Below, one piece after another: positions 20,659 to 31,910 of a DNA stretch of 64,000 nt. Source of the DNA: a bacterium (GTDB taxonomy: Bacteria; SAR324; NAC60-12). Position 1 is the stretch's first letter. Each line of letters begins with the position of its first letter. The position numbers and the translations under genes were made by a program. The notes beneath the pieces are model-generated. The model was given only the letters and a program-made list of their open reading frames with translations. It was not told the origin of the DNA and searched no databases. The stretch covers positions 2,464,001-2,528,000 of the forward strand of contig OZ242383.1 in the NCBI GenBank assembly GCA_965209155.1, given 5' to 3'.

Positions 20659-21894
20659 TTATCGTCGCAGAGCCAACGTAAGAGTCAGAGTTAAGACAGC
20701 GAGCACGAAACACAAGCACGCAAGTATAAGCGTGCCGCTCCAAAATCCACCGGTAACATCGGCAACGATACCAAGCATTAATGGGCCAAGAACGCCACCA
20801 ACCTCTCCGGCGGTAAAATAAAGCCCACCGACAGCACCCATACGGTTGGGGCCTAGCTGCCGGGCATCCATGAGGATCAGCATAATGATAGGCAGGATTC
20901 CCCGAGAGGCGGCGCCCTCTAGGATGAGTCCTATCATCAACCAAAGGCCTGATGCGTTGCCGATCACCAGAGCCGACACACCCGCAAGCGCAAAGATTAC
21001 CGCAAGCAGAGGGACTCTGATGTTGGGCTTTGCCAGAAAAGGGATCAACAGCGTAGCACCAATTCCAACCAGAATCGGCACCGTCGCCAAGTAGCCAGCA
21101 GAAGCCGCGGTCATGCCACGTTCACGAAGAATCTCGGGAAGCCAGTTGTTGAATCCGTGGCTGAACAGAAACGATCCCACGCTCATAAGAAGGGCGATCT
21201 GCACGACTCTGATTCGTAGAAGTTCGGGGAACACCTTCATACTCGTGATCAGAGACTTCGAAGGTTCGCCGCTGGAATTTCGATCGTCGGCATGTCTGGC
21301 AAGAAACCACCAGACCAAAGCAGTCACAAGGGCGAACCCGGCAAACGTTATTAAAGTGAATCGCCAGTTACCGCTATATAAAGGCATGAAAATGCTGTTG
21401 GCAGTTGCAAGGGCGAGGATGTGTCCAACAGCAGGTGCGGTCATGTATATGCCCATCGCAATACCGCGATTGGATTGGCTGAACCACGTAGCAACCAGCT
21501 TTGGAGCGCCAATAGATATGAAGGGGCCACCGACTCCGAATACCGCGACAGCCAGAAACAGTGTCGGGTAATCGACTGCAACAGCACGAAGTAATCCTGA
21601 AAGCGCGATCAATACAACACCGACAGCCAGCGATTTTCTTAGTCCGAACCTGTCTATGATGGCTCCGGCAGGGATCGCAACAAAGATGTAAATGAGGGGC
21701 CATGCACCAAGCACGCTGCCCATGGCCGACTGGCTCAGGTCTAGCTCATTGCTCACTGGGCCTACCAGAGGCGGGATGCCTCCCTGAACAAGACCAAACG
21801 AAAAGTAGGCCAGCCATATTCCACCAAGAACGATCCACCGATAAGATGCGCCCGAGTCTTTCGACTCTTTCGCTTCGTCTGATACAGAACTCAA
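20659..21894 (-). CDS. MFS transporter (CynX-like)
   Basis: About 12 hydrophobic segments; motif-A-like GAIIDRFGLRK; WF...RGIAMGIY. Confidence 0.88.
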   Translation of the reverse strand: MSSVSDEAKESKDSGASYRWIVLGGIWLAYFSFGLVQGGIPPLVGPVSNELDLSQSAMGSVLGAWPLIYIFVAIPAGAIIDRFGLRKSLAVGVVLIALSGLLRAVAVDYPTLFLAVAVFGVGGPFISIGAPKLVATWFSQSNRGIAMGIYMTAPAVGHILALATANSIFMPLYSGNWRFTLITFAGFALVTALVWWFLARHADDRNSSGEPSKSLITSMKVFPELLRIRVVQIALLMSVGSFLFSHGFNNWLPEILRERGMTAASAGYLATVPILVGIGATLLIPFLAKPNIRVPLLAVIFALAGVSALVIGNASGLWLMIGLILEGAASRGILPIIMLILMDARQLGPNRMGAVGGLYFTAGEVGGVLGPLMLGIVADVTGGFWSGTLILACLCFVLAVLTLTLTLALRR

Positions 21895-22170
21895 ACCAAC
21901 TCAATCCTCTCCGATAACCGTTATCCGTGAAAAATGGCCTATCTATGCAACGCAGTAATTTACGCACTTTGCAGCATCTTTCAAATGCCAATTGACAGTT
22001 TATAAAATATTCCTCCCGATGATATGATGATTGTTCACAATAGTCATTAAACCACCAACCATCGGGAAGGAAAAACCTATGAAATTTATGAGACGTCCAG
22101 ATTTAGATACTCATACCTGGAGCATGTTAGGTGTACTCTTCTCAACGCTATGAAAGCGCTGCCCCATCGT

Positions 22171-22402
22171 TTATTCCGGATCAATTCCTGCTTTTTGGAG
22201 CAAAGCCCGCAACCGTTCATTTTCAGCTCGTTCCTGCTCTTTTTCAGGGAGGGCTTGCTCCAAGTTGGCCTTCGCTTGGGTAACCTCGGTTTGCCAGGTG
22301 GCATATTCTCTAGCAGCGTCTAAGCGGCTCTGGTAGAGATGATAGTTTTCTTCTTTTTCCGAAAATGCTCTCAATACTTCAGCGGCTTGTTGCATCTCTG
22401 TG
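22171..22402 (-). pseudogene. C-terminal relic of an Rpn/PD-(D/E)XK-type protein with coiled-coil tail
   Basis: EMQQAAEVLRAFSEKEENYHLYQSRLDAARE...ERLRALLQKAGIDP. The 5' part is replaced by two AAAAAGGGGTCAAATCTTT repeats (~22404-22473). Confidence 0.55.
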
Positions 22403-22770
22403 AAAAAAGGGGTCAAATCTTTTTTTGCTTTATCCAAAAGGTTTAAATGTTGTAAAAAAGGGGTCAAATCTTTCAATGGGGCTCAAAAAGGAATGGGGGT
22501 TGATTAAGACCATAAGGCACCAAATGGTACGCCCCAGAGATTTGAGCCGAAGGGCACGACATATTCTCCAGAGCATAGAACAAGGCCTATAAATGATTGG
22601 TTTCCGGCAAGATGTTGCTGAAACCACTCCAGATGCTTAAAACTTTTTTTGCCAGCGAGGGTAGAGTTTGTTCATCTAATTTTTCCCGCGTTTTTTATAA
22701 ATATATTCCGCGATTTTAATAACACGAGAGTCGTTTTTTTACAAGAAAATAATCCGCGATTTTATAAAAA

Positions 22771-22891
22771 GGAACTGTGCGGGCATCTTCAGAACACACG
22801 CCTCGTCGAGCTCGACTCGGGACACGCGCCGTACTTCGAGATGCCGGAGGTGTTCATCACGGTGTTGCGCGACTTTCTCAATAACGATTGA
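22771..22891 (+). pseudogene. C-terminal fragment of an alpha/beta hydrolase
   Basis: RLVELDSGHAPYFEMPEVF...LRDFL catalytic-His end. GC-rich fragment abutting AT-rich non-coding DNA, no N-terminal part. Confidence 0.6.
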
Positions 22892-23037
22892 GCGGGTGCA
22901 TGCCTCTACGTCGGCCGCTTCCGCGTCGCTTCCGGTACGCCGATGCGGGCGCACCGACGGCTGGATTCAGGGATTCTCTCAAGGAGGTTACAAATTTAAT
23001 CTTCAAAATGGTATTGTGTCCCCCTGATTTTATTATC

Positions 23038-23475
23038 CTAAATTATCCAGTTTTCAATTGTTAATTGAGGATCAAATTCGATAAGAGCCGGGTAGAGATC
23101 ATCAGCACTCACAAGAATTAAATTTTCGGAAAGAGCTGTACTGGCGAGCATAATATCAATGTTATGCTTCCTCAAGTTTCTGTTGGTAATATTTCTTTTA
23201 TCCTTTAAAGATTTTTTGAGTTTTCCAAAAATAGTAGAGGCGTTTTCTGTTAAGGGGAGGATGATAAATTCTTTTTTCATATTTGCAATACTGATTGAAA
23301 CTCGTGAATTCTTGGATTCAGGAGTATTCGCTAAACTGTATTCCATTTCAAAAAGGGTGAGAATGGAAAGGTAATATGAATGGCCTTCCTGAATATGAGG
23401 TTTGATTTTGCTATGGTGGGGGGATTGTGGATCGTAAAGATAGCTGACAATATTGGTGTCGAGTAAATATCGCAT
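23038..23475 (-). CDS. PIN-domain (VapC-like) toxin
   Basis: YLLDTNIVS, LSILTLFE, DIMLASTA..NLILVSAD. Confidence 0.9.
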   Translation of the reverse strand: MRYLLDTNIVSYLYDPQSPHHSKIKPHIQEGHSYYLSILTLFEMEYSLANTPESKNSRVSISIANMKKEFIILPLTENASTIFGKLKKSLKDKRNITNRNLRKHNIDIMLASTALSENLILVSADDLYPALIEFDPQLTIENWII

Positions 23476-23487
23476 GAAGGAGATGGT

Positions 23488-23736
23488 TTATTTGTCATGA
23501 TTGAAAAAAAAATTATCTCTGAACTCTTTGACATTGCTATTGATTTCTTCAGACATACCCTCCAAATTGTATTCTGGATCATTGACGGCTTTTAAGATTC
23601 GTTTCGCTTGAGAAAGACCAGAATCTTTGACTTGAGTTTTAAGGCTAATCCCAAACATCTGTTCAAGTTCTTCAATCGGCATGGATTCAATTTTTTTAAC
23701 AAGTTCAGGACTGAAATCATTTCTTCTGATCTGCAT
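23488..23736 (-). CDS. Putative antitoxin upstream of the PIN toxin
   Basis: Small ORF ending 12 bp before the PIN gene, ending ..KEFRDNFFFNHDK; start uncertain. Confidence 0.55.
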   Translation of the reverse strand: MQIRRNDFSPELVKKIESMPIEELEQMFGISLKTQVKDSGLSQAKRILKAVNDPEYNLEGMSEEINSNVKEFRDNFFFNHDK

Positions 23737-23932
23737 AGTGCCTCTTTTTAGGGTTTGTTCTGCCATGATTATAAAGTTATTTTGTACGCTAATAGTACAC
23801 GTTTTCCTGATAGGAAGCAAATAATTAATCTCATTAAACCACCAGCTCTGCTGGTGCGAACCTAATAGGCTTTGCCGGTCAGACATGAGAAACGTATCCG
23901 TGTCCGTGAGCCGTGCTCGTGCTCGTGAACGG

Positions 23933-24280
23933 TCAGTGAATTCGACGGCACATTTTGGTTAACATAGAAACAATGCGATGAAGTAACTGTTTTCCTTCGT
24001 CAAATAAAGGAGGCTGGATGATCTTCAACACGTTTAAAACATCGAGAATAGCAGCGCATTCCATTGCGGAACCTCGGGCAAATGCATAGAATCGTTGCTT
24101 GTCAGCAAAGGAATTTTTTCCACAGCCTTCTGCGATATTGAGAGGAATCGACCATGAGGCCCTTTTCAGTTGGTCAACTAAGGCTGAGTATCCTTTTGGC
24201 AATGTTTCGATGACTTGGACAGATAACGCTAAAAATTCGATGGAACATTGGTATACATCGAGTTTTTCATGATCTAACAT
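23933..24280 (-). CDS. Four-helix-bundle protein (23S rRNA intervening-sequence protein / Avd-like family)
   Basis: HEKLDVYQ, DQLKRASWSIPLNIAEG, RFYAFARGSAMEC, IVSMLTK. Confidence 0.92.
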   Translation of the reverse strand: MLDHEKLDVYQCSIEFLALSVQVIETLPKGYSALVDQLKRASWSIPLNIAEGCGKNSFADKQRFYAFARGSAMECAAILDVLNVLKIIQPPLFDEGKQLLHRIVSMLTKMCRRIH

Positions 24281-24362
24281 GGCAGCCTTTTTCGTTCACG
24301 AGCACGAGCACGTCTTACGATGACGAACACGTTTTGCCCTCATACTGGGGGCCTCTTCAAGC

Positions 24363-24381
24363 CACCGGCTCTGCCGGTGGT
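24363..24381. other. CCACCGGC-hairpin resembling an IS200/IS605 subterminal palindrome (second copy ~50009-50027)
   Basis: CCACCGGCTCTGCCGGTGG stem-loop upstream of both four-helix-bundle copies; no TnpA/TnpB seen in the window. Confidence 0.4.
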
Positions 24382-24449
24382 GATGACTGAAATATCACTG
24401 TTGTATCATGTTGTCTGTTCAGCGAAGTATCGTCGAGTGGTCTTCAGAG

Positions 24450-24684
24450 AGGGATGAAGTTTCTGTGATGGAAGAAGTTTTATTTTTCTTGCGTTAAATC
24501 ATCTGAAAGGTTATACCAATCTAAAATTTACAATCCAAAATATCTATTAAATCATCTTTGCGAATGACATCGTAGGAGGGATGAAGTTTCTGTGCTGGAA
24601 AATGTATAATTTTCTTGCGTTAAATCATCTGAAAGGTTATACCAATCTAAAATTTACAATCCAAAATATCTATTAAATCATCTT
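24450..24684. repeat. Tandem ~108-bp direct repeat immediately upstream of regulator copy 2
   Basis: AGGGATGAAGTTTCTGTG...TTCTTGCGTTAAATCATCTGAAAGGTTATACC...TATTAAATCATCTT at ~24450-24558 and ~24577-24684. Confidence 0.9.
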
Positions 24685-24686
24685 AG

Positions 24687-27600
24687 ATGTGGGAGCGCCA
24701 AGTGGATGAAACAACTCAAGCTCATGCCTTTCATAAGATCCAAAAGCTGTTTTCGAACGATGAAGTCTGTCGCAATCACCTCTTCCAACTGCGTTGGCCA
24801 GCCGGTTATGTGTGCTCCCTCTGTGGTAGTCACCGTTACGATACCCTGAAAAAACGTCAATTGCTGCAATGCAGAAACTGTAAACACCAGACTTCGATCA
24901 TCGCGGGAACTTTGATGCACCGGACTCGGACTCCGTTGCGCTACTGGTTTTGGGGGATTTATTATGTGGCGGCATGCAATGGGGAGACGACAGCTCAACA
25001 ACTGTCAGAAAAAATCGGAATAAATTACTATTCCGCCCGGAGAATGCTGGGAAAAATCCACGAAATCGAAAAGGACCAGGGCTTCCTGGGGGATCTGCTG
25101 AAAAGCTTCAAAATGCCTGTACGGTCCAAGGAAGAAATCTTCACTAGACCGGGAATGGGAACGCCACCCAGGCCAATAAAAGAGCCAACGATTCCCAACA
25201 GGAAAAAACCGGAGATTCCAGGTTATTTGCTGGAGGAGGTCATTTTTGAAAGTGGGCGGACCTGGCTCTGGCGTGGCAGGCGGCAAAGGGACGGGCTTTC
25301 GGTCCTGATCAAGGGATCGTTTCCCGAGCAGAGTGCGCAGGAGCTGGCGGAAATACGGCACGAGTATGAGATCACCCGGGATCTGGAGATCGATGGGGTC
25401 CTCAAGGCAGAGAAAGTGGTACAATATGAAAATGGATCGGTCTTGATCCTGGAAAACACGGAAGGGATTCCTTTAAGAAAGCTGATGGATACCGCGCGGC
25501 TCGACCTGCCGGACTCGCTGAAGGTAGCGCTTTCACTGACCAGCACCCTCAAAGAAGTGCACCAGCAGGGCCTCCTGCATAAAATGATCAATCCGTTGAA
25601 CATTTTTGTCGATCCGGCATCGGGGACGGTCAAACTGAGCGGCTTCGGCCTGGCCACCCGGCTTTCACGGGAAAATTTGGCGACGTTGGGTCCCCAGCTT
25701 AGCGGGGAAACCCTGCCCTATATCTCCCCCGAACAGACCGGCCGGATGAACCGCCCCCTCGATTATCGCAGTGATTTTTATTCCCTGGGCGTCACCCTTT
25801 ACGAACTTTTTACAGGGAGAGTGCCATTCCAATCCCGGGAGGTCATGGAAATCATCCACGCTCACATTGCCCGGCAGACCCCGCCTCCTGACGAGATTGA
25901 ACCGCAAATACCCAGAGTCCTTTCCCGCCTGGTGATGAAACTGATTGCCAAGCGTGCCGAGGCGCGCTACCAGAGTCACTCGGGCCTGACAGCCGATCTG
26001 CTGGCATGTCTGGAGCAGCTCGAAAACCAGGTGAGCCTGTCCGACTTTCCCCTGGCTCGCCTGGACATTCCTAAAGAACTGCAGATCGCCCCGGGGCATT
26101 ACGGTCGGGAGGATGAAATCATCGCCCTGGAAGGCACCCTGGAGCGAGTCAGCCAGGGAGCGACCGAGATGGTGCTGGTCTCGGGAACTGCTGGTGTCGG
26201 AAAAACCGCCCTGGTCGGTGAAATTCACCGGTCTGTTGCCCAAAAAAACGGTTATCTCATTTCCGGCAAGTTTGACCAGCTCCGGCACAATATCCCCTAC
26301 AGCGCCCTGATCCAGGCGCTGCGGGGACTTATCCGGGAGGTATTGGCCGAAGGCCAATCTGGAATGGAGCGTTGGAAAAGCAGGATACGGGCAGCCCTGG
26401 GCCCCAATGGACAACTGATGACCCGGGTGATCCCGGAACTGGAACAGGTGATCGGCCCGCAACCCCCGCTGCCGGAAATGGGTGCGCTGGAGGCCCGGAA
26501 CCGCTTCACTGCCGTTTTACTGGATTTCATCTCTGTTTTCTGTGAAAAAACCCATCCCCTGGTTATTTTTCTGGACGACTTGCAGTGGGTGGACGCCGAT
26601 ACCCTCAAGCTGGTGGAACGGATCGCTCAGGATCCGGAGAGGAAACCTCTGCTTTTCCTGGGAGCCTATCGCGACAACGAGGTGGAGGCCGATCACCGGT
26701 TGTCGATCAGTTGTGAGGTGATCAAAAAAACTGGCCAGCCGCTGCAAACGATCCTCTTAAAACCCCTGACCCCGGAGAACATCTCACAACTGCTCGTCCA
26801 TACCTGCCACTGCCGTCCTGAGGAGGCCAAACCGCTGGCCGAGGTTCTGGTGCGCAAAACCGGCGGCAATCCTTTCTTTGTGAGCCAGTTCTTGACCGTA
26901 CTCTCCGAGAAGGAGCTGATCCGCTACTCCCCTGAGGAAAAACGATGGATCTGGGATCTGGCTGCCATCGAATTCCTGGCGGTGACCGAGAATGTGGTGA
27001 CGTTGCTGGTTGACCGGCTCCACCGGTTTTCCGCTGAAACCAGGCGACTCTTAAGCCTGGCGGCCTGCATCGGCAATACCTTTGACCTGGAATCGTTGGA
27101 ACTGATCAGCGGAGAAGGAAGGGGGGAGCTTTATGAGAACCTGTTGCCGGCCCTGGAAAACGGGTTGATCCTCGGTTTTTCCCAGTCCCCGCAGCCGGAT
27201 AATCTCCCGGACGGAGCGCGCGCGGAGAGCGGCAGCTTCAAATTTTTGCATGACCGGGTGCAGCAGGCTGCCTATGCCCTCATTACCCAAAAGGAAAGAC
27301 CGCCGGTCCATCTTCAAATCGGTCAGACCCTGCTCGAGCAATACGCTCCGGAGAAAGGTGAAGATCTGCTTTTTGACATCGTCCACCATCTCAACCTGGC
27401 CCGGAGGGTGAAGGATAAATGGAAAGACCGATCGCGTCTGGCAGAACTCAACCTGGAAGCCGGTCTTAAGGCCAGGGCGGCTTCGGCTTTTGAACAGGCC
27501 CTGGAATACTTTACCATCGGCCTGGAGCTTTTAGGGGTTGCCGCCTGGAAACGGCAATACTCCCTGGCCTTATCCCTGCACGAAGCAGCCACGGAGATGT

Positions 27601-30600
27601 CATCGCTCTGCGGCCGCTTCGAGTTGATGGAGAAGCTGGCGGGTGCCGTAAAAGACCACGCCCGAGCGGACCCGGACCTGGTCAATGTTTATCGATGCCG
27701 GATCCAGGCGTACACCACCCAGGGCGAATTAAAAAAGGCACAGGAAACGGGCGAGGAAATTCTGGAAAAATTGGGGTATCAACTGAGCCGTCAGTCTCTC
27801 GACCAGTGGCAGCAGACCCTCGTTCAAATCAAACCCGGCCTGGCCGGTAAAAGCGTCGCGGACGTGATGCGCTTTGAGCCGCTCACCCAACCGGATGCCG
27901 AGGTCCTGGTCCCTATCCTCTATGAACTCCATTTGGCCTATGGCGAGGTTGGTGCTACTTTGGATGACGGTCTTTGGCAGCCCATCGCTTCAAAACGTAT
28001 CTCTTTACTGCTCAATCATTTTCATCCGCAATATTCACCCGAATTCTATATTCAACTTGGATTTATATATTACGCGTATATGCAGGATTTTGAATTTGGT
28101 TATGAACTCGGTCGTCTGGGCATAAAGCTCATGGAAGCGCTTGATCTGAAGGAAATAAACTGTAGAGTTTCCGGGGGTTTCAACGGCTATACCCGGTTCT
28201 ACCGGGAGCCGCTATCGGCCTCATTGGAGCCCTTGCTGGAAACTCATAAGATGGGAATCGAAACGGGAAATTTCGTCAATGCCGGTCAAAGCGCCGTCGT
28301 AAGGTGTCGTTTAGCGTTTATTTGCGGAAAGGAGCTGAATTGGCTGAAAGGGGAATTATCGACGCTGAAGCTTGCTCTCAAGAAGATCGATTATATTATC
28401 GGGTCTCGCCATGCCGAAATGCTGACGAAGGCGGTCACGATTCTGATGGAGGAGCCTTCGAGCCTGTCGAGCGGCATCATGGATCAATACCATAGTGTGT
28501 CAAGTGCGGAGTACGTATATCAGGAACAGAGCAGTTTTAATTACCAAAAGCTGGTGCTGCAAATCCTGTTCGAAGAATACGAAGCAGCCCGTGAGACAGT
28601 TTTTGAAATGATCAACCTGATGAAAACCTACAAGGATGCCCTGATTGATCCCCTGGCCAACTGCTACCTCTCCCTCGCTCTCCTGGCGGTTTGCGGCCAG
28701 GTGCATGAGAGGGAAAAGGAGGAAATCCTCACCCAAGTCGATGACAATCAGGAGACGTTGGAGAAACTGGCGCGCAGTGCTCCGCCTAATTACCGGCACA
28801 AGCATCACTTGGTGGAAGCCGAGCGGATGCGGGTTTTGGATGGCAACCCCGATATCATTATGCACCACTATGACCAGGCCATCGCTTTGGCCAGAGAGAG
28901 CGAATTTATCCACGAGGAAGCCCTGGCCAATGAACTGGCAGCCAGGTACTTGCTCAACCAGGGGCAGAACGACGACGCCAGGGCTTACCTGCGCTCAGCA
29001 ATGGAGCAGTACGAAGCCTGGGGGGCAAAACGGAAGGTCGCCCACCTGAAGTCTCGATATCCCGGCTTGATTGTCGATGATCGTGCTGAAGCGGCGTCTC
29101 CTTCGGCCAACCTGGATCTGGGGACGATGCTCAAAGCCTCGGAAGCCATCTCCAGTACCCTCGAGTTGGAACCGCTGCTAGAGATCCTGCTTGGCATTCT
29201 CATAGAAAATGCCGGGGCTCAGACAGCAGCCCTGATACTGGAAACCGAAGGTCAGTCTCTCATCGCTGCCCGCGGGAGTGCCGAACAAGTCGAATGTTTT
29301 CTACCGCTTTCCCTGCCTGTGGAAAAGGCCGAATCCCTCTCCCTCTCGGTCATCTCCTGGGTGAAACAAACCCGGGAACACCTGGTTTTGGACAACGCCT
29401 CCCGCGAGGAACGGTTTGTCGAGGATGACTATATTAAACGGGAGCGCCCCAAATCCATCCTGTGCGCACCGATCACTCACAAGACATCTTTGAACGGAAT
29501 CATTTACCTGGAAAATAACCTGGTTGAGGGAGCCTTCACCTCCCGGCGATTCGAGGTGGTCAAGCACCTTATCTCCCAGATCGCCATTTCCCTGGAAAAT
29601 GCCAGGCTTCACGAAAACCTCAAAAAGGCGATGGACGATCTGAAAGCGAGCGAAACCTCCCTGCGTGAGGAAAATGTCCGCCTGAAGGCCAATATCAAGG
29701 AGCGTTATCGCTTCGGAAAGATCATCGGCAAAAGCCCCGTGATGCAGGAGATTTATGAATTGATCTTAAAGGCGGCGGCTAGCAATGCGGGTGTCATTGT
29801 CTATGGTGAATCAGGGACCGGTAAAGAATTGGTGGCTGAAGCCATCCATAAGATGAGTGATAGAAAAGAAAAACCCTTTGTTCCCGTCAACGCTGGTGCT
29901 GTTCCGGAAACCCTCTTGGAAAGCGAGTTTTTCGGCTACAAAAAAGGGGCCTTTACCGGAGCCAATGCGGATAAGCGCGGCCTGCTCCAACAGGCAGACA
30001 AAGGCACGCTTTTCCTGGATGAATTGAGTGAAATCGGCCCCAACCTGCAAGCCAAACTGCTGCGTGCTATTGAGGGTGGAGGGTTCACACCAGTGGGCGG
30101 ACTTGAAGCGGAAACCTCCGATTTTCGCATCATTGCTGCCACCAATCAGGATTTAAAACAACAAATGAAAAAAGGATTGATGCGGAAGGATTTCTTCTAC
30201 CGCATCCACATTATCCCCATTCACTTGCCGCCTCTCCGGGAACGTAAAGAGGACATCCCCCTGTTGATCGAGCATTTTATGCAAAACTACTCCCCCTCAA
30301 AGAACCTGCCCACAATCACTGCCGCTGTCATGGAAGCTCTGACTTCCTATGATTGGCCGGGAAACGTCAGGGAACTGATCAACACAATGCATCGCTACCT
30401 GACGCTCGAGAAACTCGACTTCCTCGATTCCTCTTTAATCGATGCCAGCCAAACAGAACCGCCGGTCCCGGTTGAGGTGCGTGAAACCAATGAACCCTTG
30501 GATGCCACTGTGAAGCGACACGAAAAATTGTATTTGATCAAGGTGCTGGAAGATAATGACTGGCAACAGAGCAAAGTTTCAGCCCTTCTCGGGGTTGATC

Positions 30601-30650
30601 GTAAAACCTTATATCGAAAAATAAACCAATACCATCTCAAACCTTCATAA
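24687..30650 (+). CDS. Giant sigma54-dependent activator, copy 2: IS1595-family transposase Zn-ribbon/HTH + pseudokinase + STAND-like ATPase + helical region + GAF + sigma54 AAA+ + Fis HTH
   Basis: N-term [74 protein letters not shown]. From KPEIPGY onward nearly identical to copy 1. Confidence 0.92.
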   Translation: MWERQVDETTQAHAFHKIQKLFSNDEVCRNHLFQLRWPAGYVCSLCGSHRYDTLKKRQLLQCRNCKHQTSIIAGTLMHRTRTPLRYWFWGIYYVAACNGETTAQQLSEKIGINYYSARRMLGKIHEIEKDQGFLGDLLKSFKMPVRSKEEIFTRPGMGTPPRPIKEPTIPNRKKPEIPGYLLEEVIFESGRTWLWRGRRQRDGLSVLIKGSFPEQSAQELAEIRHEYEITRDLEIDGVLKAEKVVQYENGSVLILENTEGIPLRKLMDTARLDLPDSLKVALSLTSTLKEVHQQGLLHKMINPLNIFVDPASGTVKLSGFGLATRLSRENLATLGPQLSGETLPYISPEQTGRMNRPLDYRSDFYSLGVTLYELFTGRVPFQSREVMEIIHAHIARQTPPPDEIEPQIPRVLSRLVMKLIAKRAEARYQSHSGLTADLLACLEQLENQVSLSDFPLARLDIPKELQIAPGHYGREDEIIALEGTLERVSQGATEMVLVSGTAGVGKTALVGEIHRSVAQKNGYLISGKFDQLRHNIPYSALIQALRGLIREVLAEGQSGMERWKSRIRAALGPNGQLMTRVIPELEQVIGPQPPLPEMGALEARNRFTAVLLDFISVFCEKTHPLVIFLDDLQWVDADTLKLVERIAQDPERKPLLFLGAYRDNEVEADHRLSISCEVIKKTGQPLQTILLKPLTPENISQLLVHTCHCRPEEAKPLAEVLVRKTGGNPFFVSQFLTVLSEKELIRYSPEEKRWIWDLAAIEFLAVTENVVTLLVDRLHRFSAETRRLLSLAACIGNTFDLESLELISGEGRGELYENLLPALENGLILGFSQSPQPDNLPDGARAESGSFKFLHDRVQQAAYALITQKERPPVHLQIGQTLLEQYAPEKGEDLLFDIVHHLNLARRVKDKWKDRSRLAELNLEAGLKARAASAFEQALEYFTIGLELLGVAAWKRQYSLALSLHEAATEMSSLCGRFELMEKLAGAVKDHARADPDLVNVYRCRIQAYTTQGELKKAQETGEEILEKLGYQLSRQSLDQWQQTLVQIKPGLAGKSVADVMRFEPLTQPDAEVLVPILYELHLAYGEVGATLDDGLWQPIASKRISLLLNHFHPQYSPEFYIQLGFIYYAYMQDFEFGYELGRLGIKLMEALDLKEINCRVSGGFNGYTRFYREPLSASLEPLLETHKMGIETGNFVNAGQSAVVRCRLAFICGKELNWLKGELSTLKLALKKIDYIIGSRHAEMLTKAVTILMEEPSSLSSGIMDQYHSVSSAEYVYQEQSSFNYQKLVLQILFEEYEAARETVFEMINLMKTYKDALIDPLANCYLSLALLAVCGQVHEREKEEILTQVDDNQETLEKLARSAPPNYRHKHHLVEAERMRVLDGNPDIIMHHYDQAIALARESEFIHEEALANELAARYLLNQGQNDDARAYLRSAMEQYEAWGAKRKVAHLKSRYPGLIVDDRAEAASPSANLDLGTMLKASEAISSTLELEPLLEILLGILIENAGAQTAALILETEGQSLIAARGSAEQVECFLPLSLPVEKAESLSLSVISWVKQTREHLVLDNASREERFVEDDYIKRERPKSILCAPITHKTSLNGIIYLENNLVEGAFTSRRFEVVKHLISQIAISLENARLHENLKKAMDDLKASETSLREENVRLKANIKERYRFGKIIGKSPVMQEIYELILKAAASNAGVIVYGESGTGKELVAEAIHKMSDRKEKPFVPVNAGAVPETLLESEFFGYKKGAFTGANADKRGLLQQADKGTLFLDELSEIGPNLQAKLLRAIEGGGFTPVGGLEAETSDFRIIAATNQDLKQQMKKGLMRKDFFYRIHIIPIHLPPLRERKEDIPLLIEHFMQNYSPSKNLPTITAAVMEALTSYDWPGNVRELINTMHRYLTLEKLDFLDSSLIDASQTEPPVPVEVRETNEPLDATVKRHEKLYLIKVLEDNDWQQSKVSALLGVDRKTLYRKINQYHLKPS

Positions 30651-30690
30651 AGGGAAGATGGTTTTGATGGGGCTCTGGCAGTAAAAGGCG

Positions 30691-31518
30691 TCAAGGCTTT
30701 TTTTGCTTTAAAGTATCCAAATAACGTTGTATATCCTTGAGAGAGTAATTTTTTAAAACCTCTTCTGGGGGCACGCCTGCTAATCGTTCTTCAAGAGAAG
30801 TATGGGCTAAGACAAATTTTTCCCATTTTTTCCCTTCCTCAATGAGCTCATCCGGGGTGAGTTCTTCTCTGTCTGACATATTCCTTCCTTTCTGAAGTAG
30901 TAAACGTTGGGCTAATCCTTCTAACAACCAACTCAGCGTTTTAGAGGTTTTTTGGATTTGACCGTGTTCAATGATTTCAAAAGCCTTTCGTTGTTCTTTT
31001 TTTCGACTGGCAAAGCATTTCAGCGGAGCGTTATAGGCGGTGTTTTCCAATTCATTGAGCACAATGAGATCAATGGCTTCTAGAAACACATTCTTGCTGT
31101 GATACACTCCCGTGTGATTGGTAGTAGCATATCCGAAATCCCTTAATGTTTGAGCGTGAGGAGTTTTGCTACTGACCACAAACGCTTGTAATTGACGCTT
31201 GGGTATTTTTTTAGCACGTTGATAGAAACTATAATAACTGATTATCTGAAAAAAAGCATCTTTGTTGGTGGATTGAGAATATTTGAACTCAATCAAAATA
31301 TGAGAAGCGTGGGTTTGTCGGATGCCATCGGGCAATCGTTCTTTTTGGGTCTGGTTCCACTGATTTTTGGTATTTCGGATTAAGAGAATATCGGCTTCAG
31401 GGGGATCGTTTGAGAGGGGAAATTCAAGATTGACGGTGATGTTGACCGGAATGAGCCATTCCTCCAGCATTTTACCCAAGATACGATGCCAGCGAGTTTT
31501 TGGATAGGGTTGGGGCAT
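30691..31518 (-). CDS. Hypothetical protein, probable PD-(D/E)XK-fold (Rpn-like) family
   Basis: PPEADILLIR, HILIEFK motifs; SLEERLAGVPPEE tail typical of such expanded families; AT-rich. Confidence 0.65.
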   Translation of the reverse strand: MPQPYPKTRWHRILGKMLEEWLIPVNITVNLEFPLSNDPPEADILLIRNTKNQWNQTQKERLPDGIRQTHASHILIEFKYSQSTNKDAFFQIISYYSFYQRAKKIPKRQLQAFVVSSKTPHAQTLRDFGYATTNHTGVYHSKNVFLEAIDLIVLNELENTAYNAPLKCFASRKKEQRKAFEIIEHGQIQKTSKTLSWLLEGLAQRLLLQKGRNMSDREELTPDELIEEGKKWEKFVLAHTSLEERLAGVPPEEVLKNYSLKDIQRYLDTLKQKKP

Positions 31519-31690
31519 AATAATATTGCTCAAAAAAAGACATCAGTGAACTACTCCAAAATGAACGATTCACTCGAGTCAGCAGTTTTTCACCATCATT
31601 ACTGGATCTTCAGGGAAAACGCCAGTTCTGAAAGATAAGGTTGAACTACGTTAACGGAAAAGGACGTATTTTAATCAGATAAAATCAAAT

Positions 31691-31910
31691 GGGGCATATC
31701 TGCCCCGTGAAGAGGCATATCTGCCCCAATCTAGGATTAGTGTTTAATATCAATGTATTACTGCCGAAAATCCATCATTTTTACCGTTTAAGTGTGTCAA
31801 AATTGCCCCATTTTACCAAAAAATCACCTCAAAACTGGCTGCCCTCTTTCCCATAGGTCGCCTCTGCCCCCACCAATCCTGTGTTTCGAGCGGATGGCAT
31901 GACTTTTGAA
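31691..31910 (+). promoter_or_regulatory. Sigma54-dependent promoter, copy 2
   Basis: GGGGCATATCTGCCCC (31691), GAGGCATATCTGCCCC (31712), TATCAATGTATTA (31748), TGGCATGACTTTTGAA (31895). Confidence 0.72.

Noticed and set aside
22480..22627. Possible RAYT/Y1 transposase fragment (WCLMVLINPH)
   Set aside because: Only vague similarity; the HUH motif is not present.
23933..24280. Diversity-generating retroelement suggested by the Avd-like gene
   Set aside because: No reverse transcriptase in the window. The repeat pairs checked (49621/49843, 13265/14146) do not show adenine-specific mismatches.
24687..25070. Active IS1595-family insertion sequence
   Set aside because: The DDE domain is missing and I found no terminal inverted repeats.
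25665..26462. Long antisense ORFs inside large genes (also 37755-38600, 50373-51224)
   Set aside because: Shadow frames of GC-rich coding sequence with no independent motifs.
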